Positions 1 to 11,182 of a stretch of 64,000 bases of DNA are shown in pieces. The DNA lies in assembly GCA_025603075.1 (NCBI GenBank), contig MU626313.1:51650-115649 (forward strand). The letters run 5' to 3'. This DNA comes from Neoconidiobolus thromboides FSU 785. Lineage: Eukaryota > Fungi > Entomophthoromycota. The notes beneath the pieces are model-generated. The model did not search any database and was not told the origin of the DNA. It worked only from the letters and a program-made list of their open reading frames with translations. Within the stretch, counting starts at the first letter, position 1. Each line of letters opens with the position of its first letter. A program made the position numbers and the translations under genes.

Positions 1-313
1 ATTAGATAAACTTCGTAACGAAAAGAAGGTGATCTAAAAAATGATATTACTTTAATAAAATTGAAAGTTGAATTTTAATTATCACTTTTTAAACATGTTT
101 ATTTTTGTTTTGTGTTAATATGTTTTTATAATTGTCGGATTATGCTTGGTAAGTTATTATTAAATATATTTTATTTCAGTATCTTAAAATTGTATAACAA
201 CACTATAATTTATGTTATTTATATTCAAATTAGATGAAAATAATGGAACCAAAATGATACATTTATCTTATTTACTTATATGTGACTATAAATTAGATAA
301 AAATTCAATATAT

Positions 314-410
314 GGGGATGTATTTTTTTGTTTAAGAATTTTGCTAACAATCTTTGTACTCAAATAGTACTTAAAAAATGGAAAAGTAATGAAACCAAAA
401 AAACATACTC
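314..410 (+). mobile_element. MITE copy 1 (~98-bp family)
   Basis: GGGGATG...CATACTC flanked by ATAT/ATAT. Confidence 0.9.
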
Positions 411-573
411 ATATTTTAGTTAAATTAATAAAAACAAACAATACATTCATGTATGCCTGTATTTCTATGAAATAAATAATAATAAATAGAATAAATTGGA
501 CCTTAAAAAAAATCAATAAATATAGAAGTATAGACTTACTGTTAAATTTTAATAGACAATAGATTAAAAAAAA

Positions 574-2586
574 TTAAATCACATCCGAAGATGAGGATGC
601 TTGAGGTGGTGTACCTGGTATAAAACTTGGATCATTTTCATCATCCCCAATTAATTGTCCTTTAAAAGTATCAATTTGATCGGGTACCCAATTCGAAGTT
701 AATCTTTCCAGATTACTTCCAGCTCCTTGTGGGCATTCCAGAACACCTTGAGTATAATTTTCTTTTTCCTCACGAGGCGGAGTGTCAAAAGTACTTGAGT
801 TATCTTCACTTGAATTGACACTATAATTTTGCTTTCGCTCAGCTGGATAGCTATTTGCTGATAATGTAGTGGCTGTTATAACACTATTCGCTAACACCGT
901 AGCTACTGTTCTATTGCTATTTGCTTGTAGCGTAGTGGCTGTTCTGTAACTATTTGTCTGTATAGTACTGGCTATCCTATCACTATTTGCTGGGACTGTA
1001 GTGGCTGTTCTTTGAGTACCTACTGATATTGTGGTATTTGTTCTATGACTATTTCTTTCTGTTGTAGCAATTGTTTTTCTTTTTTTCAAGCTTAACTTTT
1101 CACCCGTCCCTCGAGTTAAATTCTATAATATTAAAGTGAAAAATAAAAGTATTAAAATTATTTACTGTTTCATGGTTATGCTCTTGTTCAATGGGATTTG
1201 GGAGATCTAAAGCTGAATCCAAACTAGAAGTTAGTTCATTTATAGGAGCCATACCACTACTTCTATTGTAAGCGTCTAATAAAATTAAGTTAATGATGCT
1301 TTTAAGGCAATAAAACTTACGAATTTCTAAATCACTTAAGCTTGTTGAAAGAACATTTACATTCGAATTCTGAGTTACATTCTCAGCTAGATCTCTTTTC
1401 CCAGATGCCTCTTGAGTTGCTGGTGTTGCAATAAAAGAGCTATTCAAATTGCTATTATTCTGTGTATGGAATAACTTAATGTTTTGCTCGCCACTTGTAC
1501 AAATCACAAAACGTGCTTGAACCGTTCCTCTTAATTCTAAATCAAAAAATATTGGTCTAATAATATGATTAGATATTCTTCAATTATTATTATTATTTAG
1601 TTTACTCTCCGCCACATGTAAAATAGGCATTGATATCACATTCCATTTCTTTAGCTAAAACTAAAACTGCCTATGAAATTAAATAAATGTTTCAAATATT
1701 TGTGGTATTCTTACTTTAAACTCCTTAACATTCAAAGTCAAATATACATCCTTATCAACATTAAATCTATCTAAATCAGAGGGATGGATCGTTAAGATGG
1801 TATGTGGATGTTTTTTGATTTTTTCTATAAATATTAAAAATTCTTCAAAATTAGCAAATCTCTTACTCAAATCGGTGATACTTCCCAATGCTTCATTGTG
1901 AAACGATTTGATCGAAAATGAGTCACTTGTACAAATAAGTGTAAATTCTTCTAACCGAATATCAAATTGAGCTAATAACGTTAATAAAAACTTTGAATTC
2001 ATTCTCCAGTTGTAACAGTTATTGGAACGTACAATATGTAATGTTTCTACAGCTGAGTCCTGATAGGGTACCTTTATCTGTTGATAGACTAAGTTTGGAT
2101 AAATAAACCTGATTTTCAATCTCAGACCTTCGGATTCTTCCTTATTTTCAAAGTCATTGATACTGAATTCACATCTCTCTGCTTTATCAGTACTTGACAT
2201 GCTTAGTTTTACTACGTCTAATAAAGTCTGATTTTTAATTAATTATATACATCTTAAATCTAATTACCTTTAAATCCACTTTGCAATTTACTTCTGAGTT
2301 CGTTCCCATTTTGATCTCATCAAAAAATCCACTTTTGAATAATATTTTACCATAAGATGAGCGACTACTATCCATCAATGAGAATAAAATCTACTCTTTA
2401 TTAGCTTTGGATATCAAAATTAGTGCATCTTTACCTCATCTTTATTCCCGGTGATAGATAGCGAGTCACCAAACTTCAAAAGACAGGATAGTATTTTATA
2501 AAATTCTAAAAGGTGTTTAGTTCATATAATAACTTTATTAGCCTTATTATACCCTTTAATGAAAACCCTGGGACAATAAAATCCAT
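574..2586 (-). CDS. RAD9: Rad9/Ddc1 subunit of the 9-1-1 checkpoint clamp (multi-exon)
   Basis: Manual GT-AG splicing from ATG at 2586 gives MDFIVPGFSLKEFYKILSCLLKFGDSLSI..DSSRSSYGKILFKSGFF..TLNVKEFKAVLVLAKEMECDINAYFTCGGEPIFFDLELRGTVQARFVICT, which matches Rad9 hallmark motifs. It joins track ORFs 1679-2200, 1100-1507 and 574-1089. Confidence 0.85.
847..1077 (-). repeat. Seven degenerate 33-nt (11-aa) coding tandem repeats in the Rad9 C-terminal tail
   Basis: KTIATTERNSH/RTNTTISVGTQ/RTATTVPANSD/RIASTIQTNSY/RTATTLQANSN/RTVATVLANSV/ITATTLSANSY. Confidence 0.8.
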
Positions 2587-3238
2587 AATGATAAGTAATG
2601 ACGATAAAAACTTTAAAAGGCAAATTAGAACATTTTCATTTTATGCAAAAAAGAAACCTAAATTTCAATTCAGCTTTTGATTCAAATGCTTGAACTAAAC
2701 AGCCCATTTAATCGACGCGTTTATGGCTATTTAATTTTAATAGTCACTTACATCATTTTCTTGGTCTATTCTTACGCTTTATTTTTTTCAAAGTATATTA
2801 CCTTAGAACCAGAGTATGAGGCAAGTTAATTTGTTTACTTTGACTACACTAGATTAATTGTTTAGATTTTAACTTGGATACGGGAGAATGAGTACTATTT
2901 TTTAGCTTCGATACTGTTTCTACCAATGGGGCTATGGATTATCTTCTGGAATTGGGCTGGTATGAAGTATTTTAGGCATAATTGATGGACGAATAGACAT
3001 CAAAATGATTTGTCAATAATCACTATAACTGCGACCCTAATTTATGTGAGTTTAGCCACTTAAGTTGAATCTGATGAGCTAATAATCTTTATTTAAAAAC
3101 ATTTCTATTAAGGAATTCTCATTATGGTACTTAATTATTAAATAGGCGATGTTTTTATTTGTAACTACACTCGTTTACAAATTTCAATAATAATTTAAAT
3201 ATCTATTTTAGATTTAAACAAACTCAGATTCATCATAT

Positions 3239-3336
3239 GAAGATGTTTTTTTGGCTTCATCACTTTTTCTATCTTTTAAGCAGTATTCAAGTGGAAAAAT
3301 TGTTAGTAAAATTCTTAAATACAAAAATACATCTCC
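3239..3336 (-). mobile_element. MITE copy 2
   Basis: GAAGATG...CATCTCC flanked by ATAT/ATAT. Confidence 0.9.
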
Positions 3337-3572
3337 ATATTAATATCTGTCCGACCAATATGTTAATAATGAACTCTATATTAATATCTTTATAGATTAT
3401 CCTTATAGTTCTTATTGAAAAAGAAAAATCTAAATTCAAATCAAACACAGCTTCTTTAAATACCTTATTTTAAAATGCCATGGCTATCTATTTCTTCTGT
3501 AAACCAATCATTTGTATATAAGACAATTCAAATATAGACTTTTAGAAAGCTAAATCAGCGAGTTTCAATACT

Positions 3573-5410
3573 TTATTGTTTCAGATGAAAAGTTAAAAGT
3601 AAATCTGGTAAACGATATCTATCCAAAATCAATAAGTCCATTAACAATGGCAATGAATCTTTGTGAACAGTTGGCCTTGATTCTAAAAATGCATTATGAT
3701 TTTTCATCTCTTCAATTTTATTACTGCATCGTTTTAATACAGAATAAAAGTCGCCCTGTAACAAAGTTGTTATATGAATCAAATAAAATTGTCATAAGCC
3801 TTACCTTTTCAATATGCAACAACCCTTTTAGCTCCTTGGATAAAATATATTCTGTCAATGGTAATTTTATCTTTTCTTTTGCTTTAGGCTCGACAATATT
3901 GACGACTCTCTTCGAACGATCCTCTGGGATAGAATGTGAACGTTTTAATAAATTTTTGCACCCTTCACCTTGATCAGTGCTCCAGTTTGTTTTGTTTGTT
4001 TTGAATGATTTTATTACCTTATAATAATTATGTTTAATGTACCTATTAGCTTTTTTAAATGCTAAAAAAGTAAATCACTCTTTCAAAATATTGTGATATT
4101 ATAATACCTCTATTATTGAATTTGGCCCTTAATTTCCTATCATTCTTTTTATTTGATTTTGCGATCACTTTTTCAGCTGCAGCGTTTGCTTCTTTATTTT
4201 TAATTTTAAGTGTAATTTCATTTACGTATCTCGTTACCACCTTACTACTTACACAATTTGTTTCATTTATTTCGTTCGAATTCACCTTTTTAGATTGACT
4301 ATTCTTTAAATTTTTATTATTAATTACATAGTTCTTATTTGTAGCTTTCTTATCAGCATTTCTTTTGTTTGAAGTTAATATTATATCATTATGTTTTTTC
4401 TGTTGTGATTCTAGTTCATGAATCTTTTGCTTTTGTCTACTCAATCCTGGTTCATGAGCCTCTTCTTGCTGCAACTCTAATTTCCAAATATTTTGTTTTT
4501 GTAACTCTAATTCCTGAATCTTTTTATTTAATAACTGGATTTCCAATACCTGATCATAATTAATAGTCCTTAGCAAGTCCCTGCTTAACTTCTCTGATAC
4601 TAATTCCCTTTCTAAACTTTTAAATTGCAATTCTTTATCCATTATTAAATTTAGCTCCTCATTTAGCAATAGACCATCACTTTGTAGCTCATTGATATAA
4701 CTCCTTTTTTCCTCAAGTTCTTTTTCTAATTGGATAACTAATAATACTAGTTGATCTATTCTTTTTTCTTTTGAATGTAAACCCATTCTGAAATCCTCTC
4801 TTTCTTTTTTCAACTGAACTTTTAAGTCATAAATCTGCTCATATAATTCCTTCCGAGAGTCTTTCTCGACTCTTTCATTAGCTAGTTGTATTGGATTAAG
4901 TTTTTTATCCCTATTATTTTGTTTATTTATCAATACAAAATTTATATACCCGGTACTACCATCATTTAACAAAATAGGAGCTTGGCCTATTGAAGTATCT
5001 GAGCTTTTATTAGTACTGTTTGTACTATTTCTAGGCTCGTGATTGTCATTTGGATTAATAAAGTTATTTAATATAACCGTTTTGAAATGTATTTGCTCAC
5101 TACATAATGGGCATATACTTTGCTTCTTAACAGTTTTAGTATACCTTTCAATGCTAAAAAACCAGTTAGTTAAAGTGTTGAAATCTACTCTAATTTACTT
5201 AAAATTTACCACTGATTATGGAACATATGACCGCCTTTAAGAAATTAATTGATTATAGTATTATTTAATAAATTACTTACAATTAGTAACTACAACCTCT
5301 TTGCTTTTTATTATATTCTGCCAGTGATCAGACTCTTCATATCGCTTCAATATATCCTCCTTTTTATACGTATATCTTTGGAAGTTATGTTGACAAAGGG
5401 TACAGCTCAT
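3573..5410 (-). CDS. RING-finger + long coiled-coil protein (TRAIP-like architecture), putative E3 ligase; multi-exon, 3' end uncertain
   Basis: Spliced N-terminus MSCTLCQ...VVTNCGHMFHNQCIERY...ICPLC is a RING domain. It is followed by the coiled-coil ORF 4055-4972 and further exons. Confidence 0.7.
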
Positions 5411-5773
5411 TTATATTTAAAGACAAAACAAAGAAAGAATAAATTTAAATTTTATGTCTTATTGGTACAAGACAATCACGAAAATGCCTTTAGCTTTATT
5501 ACTTCTGCTTATTATTTGCCTTATTTGGATAAAACTCTTATCGTGTTTATTTGGCTCATGAAATTTTGCAGTAGACCGCTGTCTTTAGCTGTTTAATTAT
5601 AACTTACATGCTAATATAATAAATGCTTACATCTTATAGTATAAAGTGTTAGAAAGCTTCAAATACATTGTTAAAAAGAGATATTGCTATAGCAATAAAG
5701 ATCAGAGAAAATATTATTTTTAAAGTGTTCAAAATACCTTTTAAATTAACTCAATTATAATTTATAATTTTAT

Positions 5774-7060
5774 TCAAAATAAATAAAAATTAGAAAAAGG
5801 AAGAATCTTTGAGAGTATATCAATATCAGACTTATTCACAGCTAAGTAATCAATTAGAAAAAACGTAGAATAAGCCATAGTATTTAAACAAGTTTCATTA
5901 GTTATAGTTAATTGTCCATGTTTAAACTTCACTTGAGTAACATTAGGGAATAGCCTTAATACATTAAAGAGTACTTCAATACTTAAATAACACTCTTTAA
6001 ACACTAATTTAGTGGTAGAGGGGTTTATTGTATTACTTGTCTCATTTCTACTACAAAAATAAGGCGCCGTTATGGACTCATTTTCATCACTTTCATTACT
6101 ATAGAAGACGACTGTTGAAACTGTTTTAAACTTCGATAGTCTTAATATCACATCTTCTAGTTCATTGTTAAGCCTGATATACACTTTATTCAAGTGAGAC
6201 ATTGAGTTAACAGTTATACCATCAATTAACTTTAAATCAATCAACCCTAAATTCTGGAACTCAAAATGATTTTTATTGCTAATGCAATCTAACGTAGCTA
6301 GCTTTTTAAACGGAACTTTTAATGTAGTCAAATTAGTTAAATCACCAAAATATTCTAACCTAAATATTCTACTAAACTTTCCATTAAGTACAAGCTTTTT
6401 TAAATTAGTGAATGACTTGGTTTTATTAAAATTGTATGGAACCACAAATCTAGTACATATTAAATATAAGGTGCCTAAATTCTGGAAGCTTTTTTGTAGT
6501 ATTTCTAAACCAAACAAATTGATGGCAAAACCTTGAATCTTTAATTTCTTTAATCTATTAGGGTTGAGATATTCAGCTACGAGAGAAATGGCTATCAATC
6601 CGGTTACTTTTAAATCAAACTCCTCCACCTGGAATAAGATGCTGGCAAAATTCAACATAGTAGCTTTATATTTTTCATCGATTACAAAGGTTATTTTTTT
6701 TAAAAATTTAAAAGTAAAATCAAATATTGTTCTTGAAAATGGATCATTTGAATTGAAATGAATAGTGAAATTAGATATATTAGTATATAAGTTCAAATCA
6801 AGCTCATGATTGCTCTTTATCATCAACCTCTTTACTTTATTTGGATACTTTTTTATTATCCTATCATGATCTTCCATTCGCTTTTTACTTGGTATATAGC
6901 TATAATATAATGAGTTTCTAAATAGAACACCATTTATTATTTTATAGATTGTTTTGTTAAGAGCCATAAGGTTGGACAATCCATTTAGATCTATATACAA
7001 GAATATTTCTTCTATTAAAACATCTGGTAAGTCATCTAGCTTTAGCTTGCTTTGGTTCAT
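5774..7060 (-). CDS. F-box / LRR-like protein, single exon
   Basis: N-terminal LDDLPDVLIEEIFLYI F-box motif and leucine-rich repeats; paralogous to 56703-58034. Confidence 0.75.
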   Translation of the reverse strand: MNQSKLKLDDLPDVLIEEIFLYIDLNGLSNLMALNKTIYKIINGVLFRNSLYYSYIPSKKRMEDHDRIIKKYPNKVKRLMIKSNHELDLNLYTNISNFTIHFNSNDPFSRTIFDFTFKFLKKITFVIDEKYKATMLNFASILFQVEEFDLKVTGLIAISLVAEYLNPNRLKKLKIQGFAINLFGLEILQKSFQNLGTLYLICTRFVVPYNFNKTKSFTNLKKLVLNGKFSRIFRLEYFGDLTNLTTLKVPFKKLATLDCISNKNHFEFQNLGLIDLKLIDGITVNSMSHLNKVYIRLNNELEDVILRLSKFKTVSTVVFYSNESDENESITAPYFCSRNETSNTINPSTTKLVFKECYLSIEVLFNVLRLFPNVTQVKFKHGQLTITNETCLNTMAYSTFFLIDYLAVNKSDIDILSKILPFSNFYLF

Positions 7061-7236
7061 AATAAAAAATGGTTAGAAAAGTGAAAATATTCTTGAGCTT
7101 TACGGTTGTTTTTCTAGAATTTGTATTACTGACTTTATTGCTCAAATCCTCATTTACATTAAAAAACTCAAATTGACAAAATGAATTTAAAAAATAGTAT
7201 TGAGTAAATCGTCATCTTTTTAAGTTTTGATTAGGA

Positions 7237-7971
7237 ATGGTATATTTATTAAGTATAATAAATCAAGAAGGGATTGAAAGATATAACAAATTATTTCAGC
7301 CAGTAATTTTCAAAAAGGCCGAGGAGTATAATCAATTTAAAGATACTTTGTTTGATATACTATCTAATAGAGAAGAATATGAAGTAAATCTAATGTGAAA
7401 TTTAGTTTATTTTTATAAATATAAATAGGGTCCTATATTTGAATTTCATAATACTGAGAATATGATTGGTATATATATATATATTAAAGGTGATATTTAT
7501 CGTTTGTAGTCTATAAGAAGTTTGCTTCGTTATATTTCATGGCATATATTAATCCTAAAGAAGTAAGAGCTTTTATTTACTTTATTCAATTATTTACTTT
7601 CATAGAACGAATTCGAAGTATTGGACATTTTAAACCATATAATGGGTATATTATTATCATTTTTTTAAACTTGATTTTAATGATAAATAGAGACCTTAAG
7701 CATTTCGTTTGAAAGCTTTGTAAGAAAATTTTATTGTTAGCCATTTTTCAAGCTAATTTGTGTTTTTAGTGCGAATTAGATATATCCTTTTTTGAAAAAT
7801 AATCTATTACATAATCATAGTAAAAAGACTATTTCCTTAACCACTATATACATTATATATCACTTAGATAAGGTAAACTTAATTATTAGTGAGTTTTTCA
7901 ATATCAATGGGGAAATTCAAGCAACGGATCCTATTCAAATACTAACTTCAATTGAACAATTTGAGGAGTAA
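7237..7971 (+). CDS. Adaptor-protein (AP) complex sigma/small subunit, divergent; contains an AT-AC intron; absent from the ORF track
   Basis: Spliced: MVYLLSIINQEGIERYNKLFQ..ILSNREEYE|GPIFEFHNTENMI|VYKKFASLYFMAYINPKE|NEFEVLDILNHIM|ETLSISFESF|CELD|IIYHLDKVNLIISEFFNINGEIQATD..EQFEE*. The VYxxxASLYF, NE and CELD motifs are those of clathrin adaptor small chains. Confidence 0.85.
7782..7851 (+). other. U12-type (minor spliceosome) AT-AC intron, 70 nt
   Basis: 5' splice site ATATCCTTT at 7782, branch site TTTCCTTAAC at 7832-7841, terminal AC at 7850-7851. Removal restores CELD-IIYHLDKV; retention gives a stop. Confidence 0.9.
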
Positions 7972-8923
7972 CACAAACCCGATTAATATTTTGTAAGGTA
8001 AGGTTTTTTATAGTTTAAAGGCCGATATTCCAAATATTGTATATTCGCTTATAATTGTTAGTATATAGTGGGTTTGAAATTGTTTCTTACAAGACATTAA
8101 ACATTATATTTATAGATTTGATTAGAAAAGGGGTTTTTTTTTATGTGCCTTTTTTATCTGGTCATACATTCAATTATATGTATTTATAAAACTTGTAGTT
8201 ATTTTACCCTTATGAGTCAAGGAATTAAAGGTGGGGTTTAATAATTTGTTAGATATTACTATTTCATTTTATATTAGCAAATTTTAAGCGTTCTACCTTA
8301 TTAAAAGATAATTATTATACTTTAGTGTTTTTTCATATTATTGGTATTTGTTTTTTAATCATTTGTTATAGTTTTGTTTATTTAGTTATATTTGTTATTT
8401 TCAACTTTAATACAGCTCATTAATTAACTTTCAATTCGATTTATAGTAATCATGAAGTTTTTAAATATGCTACCATTCATTTTATTTCTAGAGTACAGTT
8501 ATTTATACTAACATTTAAAAAATAAACATAAAAAGATATTTTATATTCTAATAATTTTTATCATATATTTAAAGGATAAGAAAGGAAAGGAAGATGTAGA
8601 TCGGTATTTCAATTTTTTTAGCCCTCTTGGTACTCTTCCTGCTTTTTATGCTCTTGATAGCCATACACTTTTGTCCAGTTTATTGGAAATCTCTGAAAGT
8701 ATTCTCAGATCACTAAAAGACTCCTAGTTTAAGTATTTATTAAATATTTTAAGCAACAAAGAAGCAGTAGATTTATAGTCAAAGTCTGCACCTGTGCTTA
8801 TTAAGCCAAAACCTCGAAGTTTAATTACTTTAAGGTTTGAGAATAAAAATATAAAAGAAGAAAGTATTTAATTAGCGTATGAATTTCACGAATTTCATAT
8901 TGTTACTTCCATTAACAATATAT

Positions 8924-9022
8924 GGGGATGTATTTTTGTGTTTAAGAATTTTGTTAGCAAATTTTCCGCTTAGATAGCGCTTAAAAAATGGAAGAAATAG
9001 TGAAGTTAAAAAAGACACTCCC
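8924..9022 (+). mobile_element. MITE copy 3
   Basis: GGGGATG...CACTCCC, ATAT/ATAT; the right ATAT is shared with copy 4. Confidence 0.92.
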
Positions 9023-9026
9023 ATAT

Positions 9027-9125
9027 GGTGATGTTTTTTTTGGCCTCATTGCTTTTTCTATCTTTTAAGCGCTATTTAAGTGGAAAAATCGTCAGCAAAG
9101 TCCTTAAATCCTTAAATACATCCCC
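9027..9125 (-). mobile_element. MITE copy 4
   Basis: GGTGATG...CATCCCC, ATAT/ATAT; inverted relative to copy 3. Confidence 0.9.
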
Positions 9126-9629
9126 ATATATATCCTTAAGTTATATTTATACACAAGATTTCCTCTAATTAAAAATGCATTTTATAAAGAATGCTGCTAT
9201 AACTACTTTGAGTAATATTTAAATATCAAATTAAAAAGACTGTCACAGCTATTTTACTTTTATATACTTAAATACAGCCTACCATTACTTAGATATTTAA
9301 TTTCGTTATATAAAAACTTCGATTTTATTATAACCTTAAGTACCAGTTCAATACATTTTACCTGTCCTGAAGTATGTAAAAATATCACGTTTAAAGAAGT
9401 TAACAAGTATTAATTTAATATAAAAACTCCACTAATATAAATTATATGGTTCTATCAATATATAGTGTAACTAAAAACAGTGTAAGTACATCCCTTTGCT
9501 TATAGTAATTCAAATGTTTAAAAACTATTCAAAGTATGGCTGGCTTCTTTTAAAGTAAATTATAACTATATACGACTAATTATGTGATAACTAGATAATT
9601 GCTTAAATTCATAGTGATTTTTATGATAT

Positions 9630-9724
9630 GAGAGTGTTTTTTTGACTTCATTATTTTTTCCATGTTTGAGCGCTATTTAAGCAGAGAAATTGTTGGTAAA
9701 ATTCTTACACAAAAATACATCCCC
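9630..9724 (-). mobile_element. MITE copy 5
   Basis: GAGAGTG...CATCCCC, ATAT/ATAT. Confidence 0.9.
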
Positions 9725-10260
9725 ATATGTATACTAATTGTAAATATTCATTTATAACTGTTCTTTAATAAATTAGAATCCTTCACTTAATGATAAGTTG
9801 GAATTTACTTTGACATATAAATAGACTTCGATGCTCAATCAAATACCTTAAATGAGATTCAATAATAGAGGAAACTAAATAAGTTGTTAGCCTTTTAATT
9901 CATTAAAATGCCTATTTTAACTAGATAGAGTATACATTTATACTGTGTTTCTACATTTCAAAATATTCTATATAAACTGAAAGCTGACATTTCAAACATC
10001 TATTTATTATGTCTTTATAAGGAACTTTTGAACTTAATCAAAACACCAAATGTTTTAAAATAAGCTGTTAACGTCCAAGTTTAAGTAATCTGACTTTAAA
10101 AATACCAGCCTAATATATTGTATTATTTCAACATTGTACATCTTTAATTAAGCTTTTAAGTAATATAAAATGAAGCTCAATTATAAAAACATTTATTTTT
10201 TAAAATAATCTTATTATATGTAGCATATTTTCTAATATTAAATGCCCTTTGTAAAAATAC

Positions 10261-10354
10261 GATGTTTTTTGTGATTTCATTACTTTTCCATTTTTAAGCG
10301 CTATTTGAGTGGAAAGATTGGTAGCAAAATTCTTAAACAAAACAATGCATCTCC
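10261..10354 (-). mobile_element. MITE copy 6 (left terminus degenerate)
   Basis: Internal TTAAGCGCTATTTGAGTGGAAA and AAAATTCTTAAA; ends CATCTCC-ATAT. Confidence 0.85.
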
Positions 10355-11182
10355 ATATAATGATTTTTGCATTTTCATTAAAGTTTGAAAGTGTTTTGAT
10401 TTCAATAGTTTTACTAGAGATATATAAAAATACTGAAAGTAAATACTGAGTTTATAAACATCAGCTTAACTTTGCTACTTTACAACTATTTTTTCCCATT
10501 AAAAAAACTAGATTTTATCAATAATGGTAATAAATGGCATGATTTTGGGTGTGTAAAAGTTGTAGTTGATTAAAAAAATTAAAACAGATTAAAAACACTT
10601 TTTAATTCCTTGAATTGGTATTAAATAATGTGGCTGTTTAATCTTTAAAAAATTAACACAAATCTTTCATTTAATAATGAATCTTTGTTTTAGTGGACTT
10701 TTAAAATTAATATTTACTTCGCCATACCTTCTTTTAGCTATATTTAATTATAAGGTTTACGTTGAAACAAGGCTTTATCATTAATTTTGAAATATAGAAT
10801 AAATAAATAAATTCATCATTAATTTTCAATTATAATTAAAGTTAATCTAAAATAGTATACTCCTTAAATATATTAGACACTCCTAATTACAACTTATTGT
10901 GTATAAACAAGTTAAATATTGCTCACAACTAAATAATATAAAAAGTCAAACTTTACTTCAATTCTTTATAAATCTAATTTACCACATCTAAATCTTTTTC
11001 ATCTGACTTTATGATTTTCAAACTTTGGGTGTTTATTTTTCAACTACTTTATATTTTGTTCAATCAATCTTTAAACATCAAATTGATCGTGCCTCCTATA
11101 TTCATTTACAAATTAGATAATACATATATAAATACCCAAAATACTCGATACTCTCAATTAGATAGTTCTTTTTTACTTTAAA

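Noticed and set aside
2290-2800. Plus-strand stop-riddled frames that first looked like a Tc1/mariner relic
   Set aside because: Fully explained by minus-strand RAD9 exons 1-3.
2860-3080. GC-richer patch with CTGA/TGATG-like boxes (snoRNA or small exon?)
   Set aside because: No canonical box C, no terminal stem, and no consistent spliced frame.
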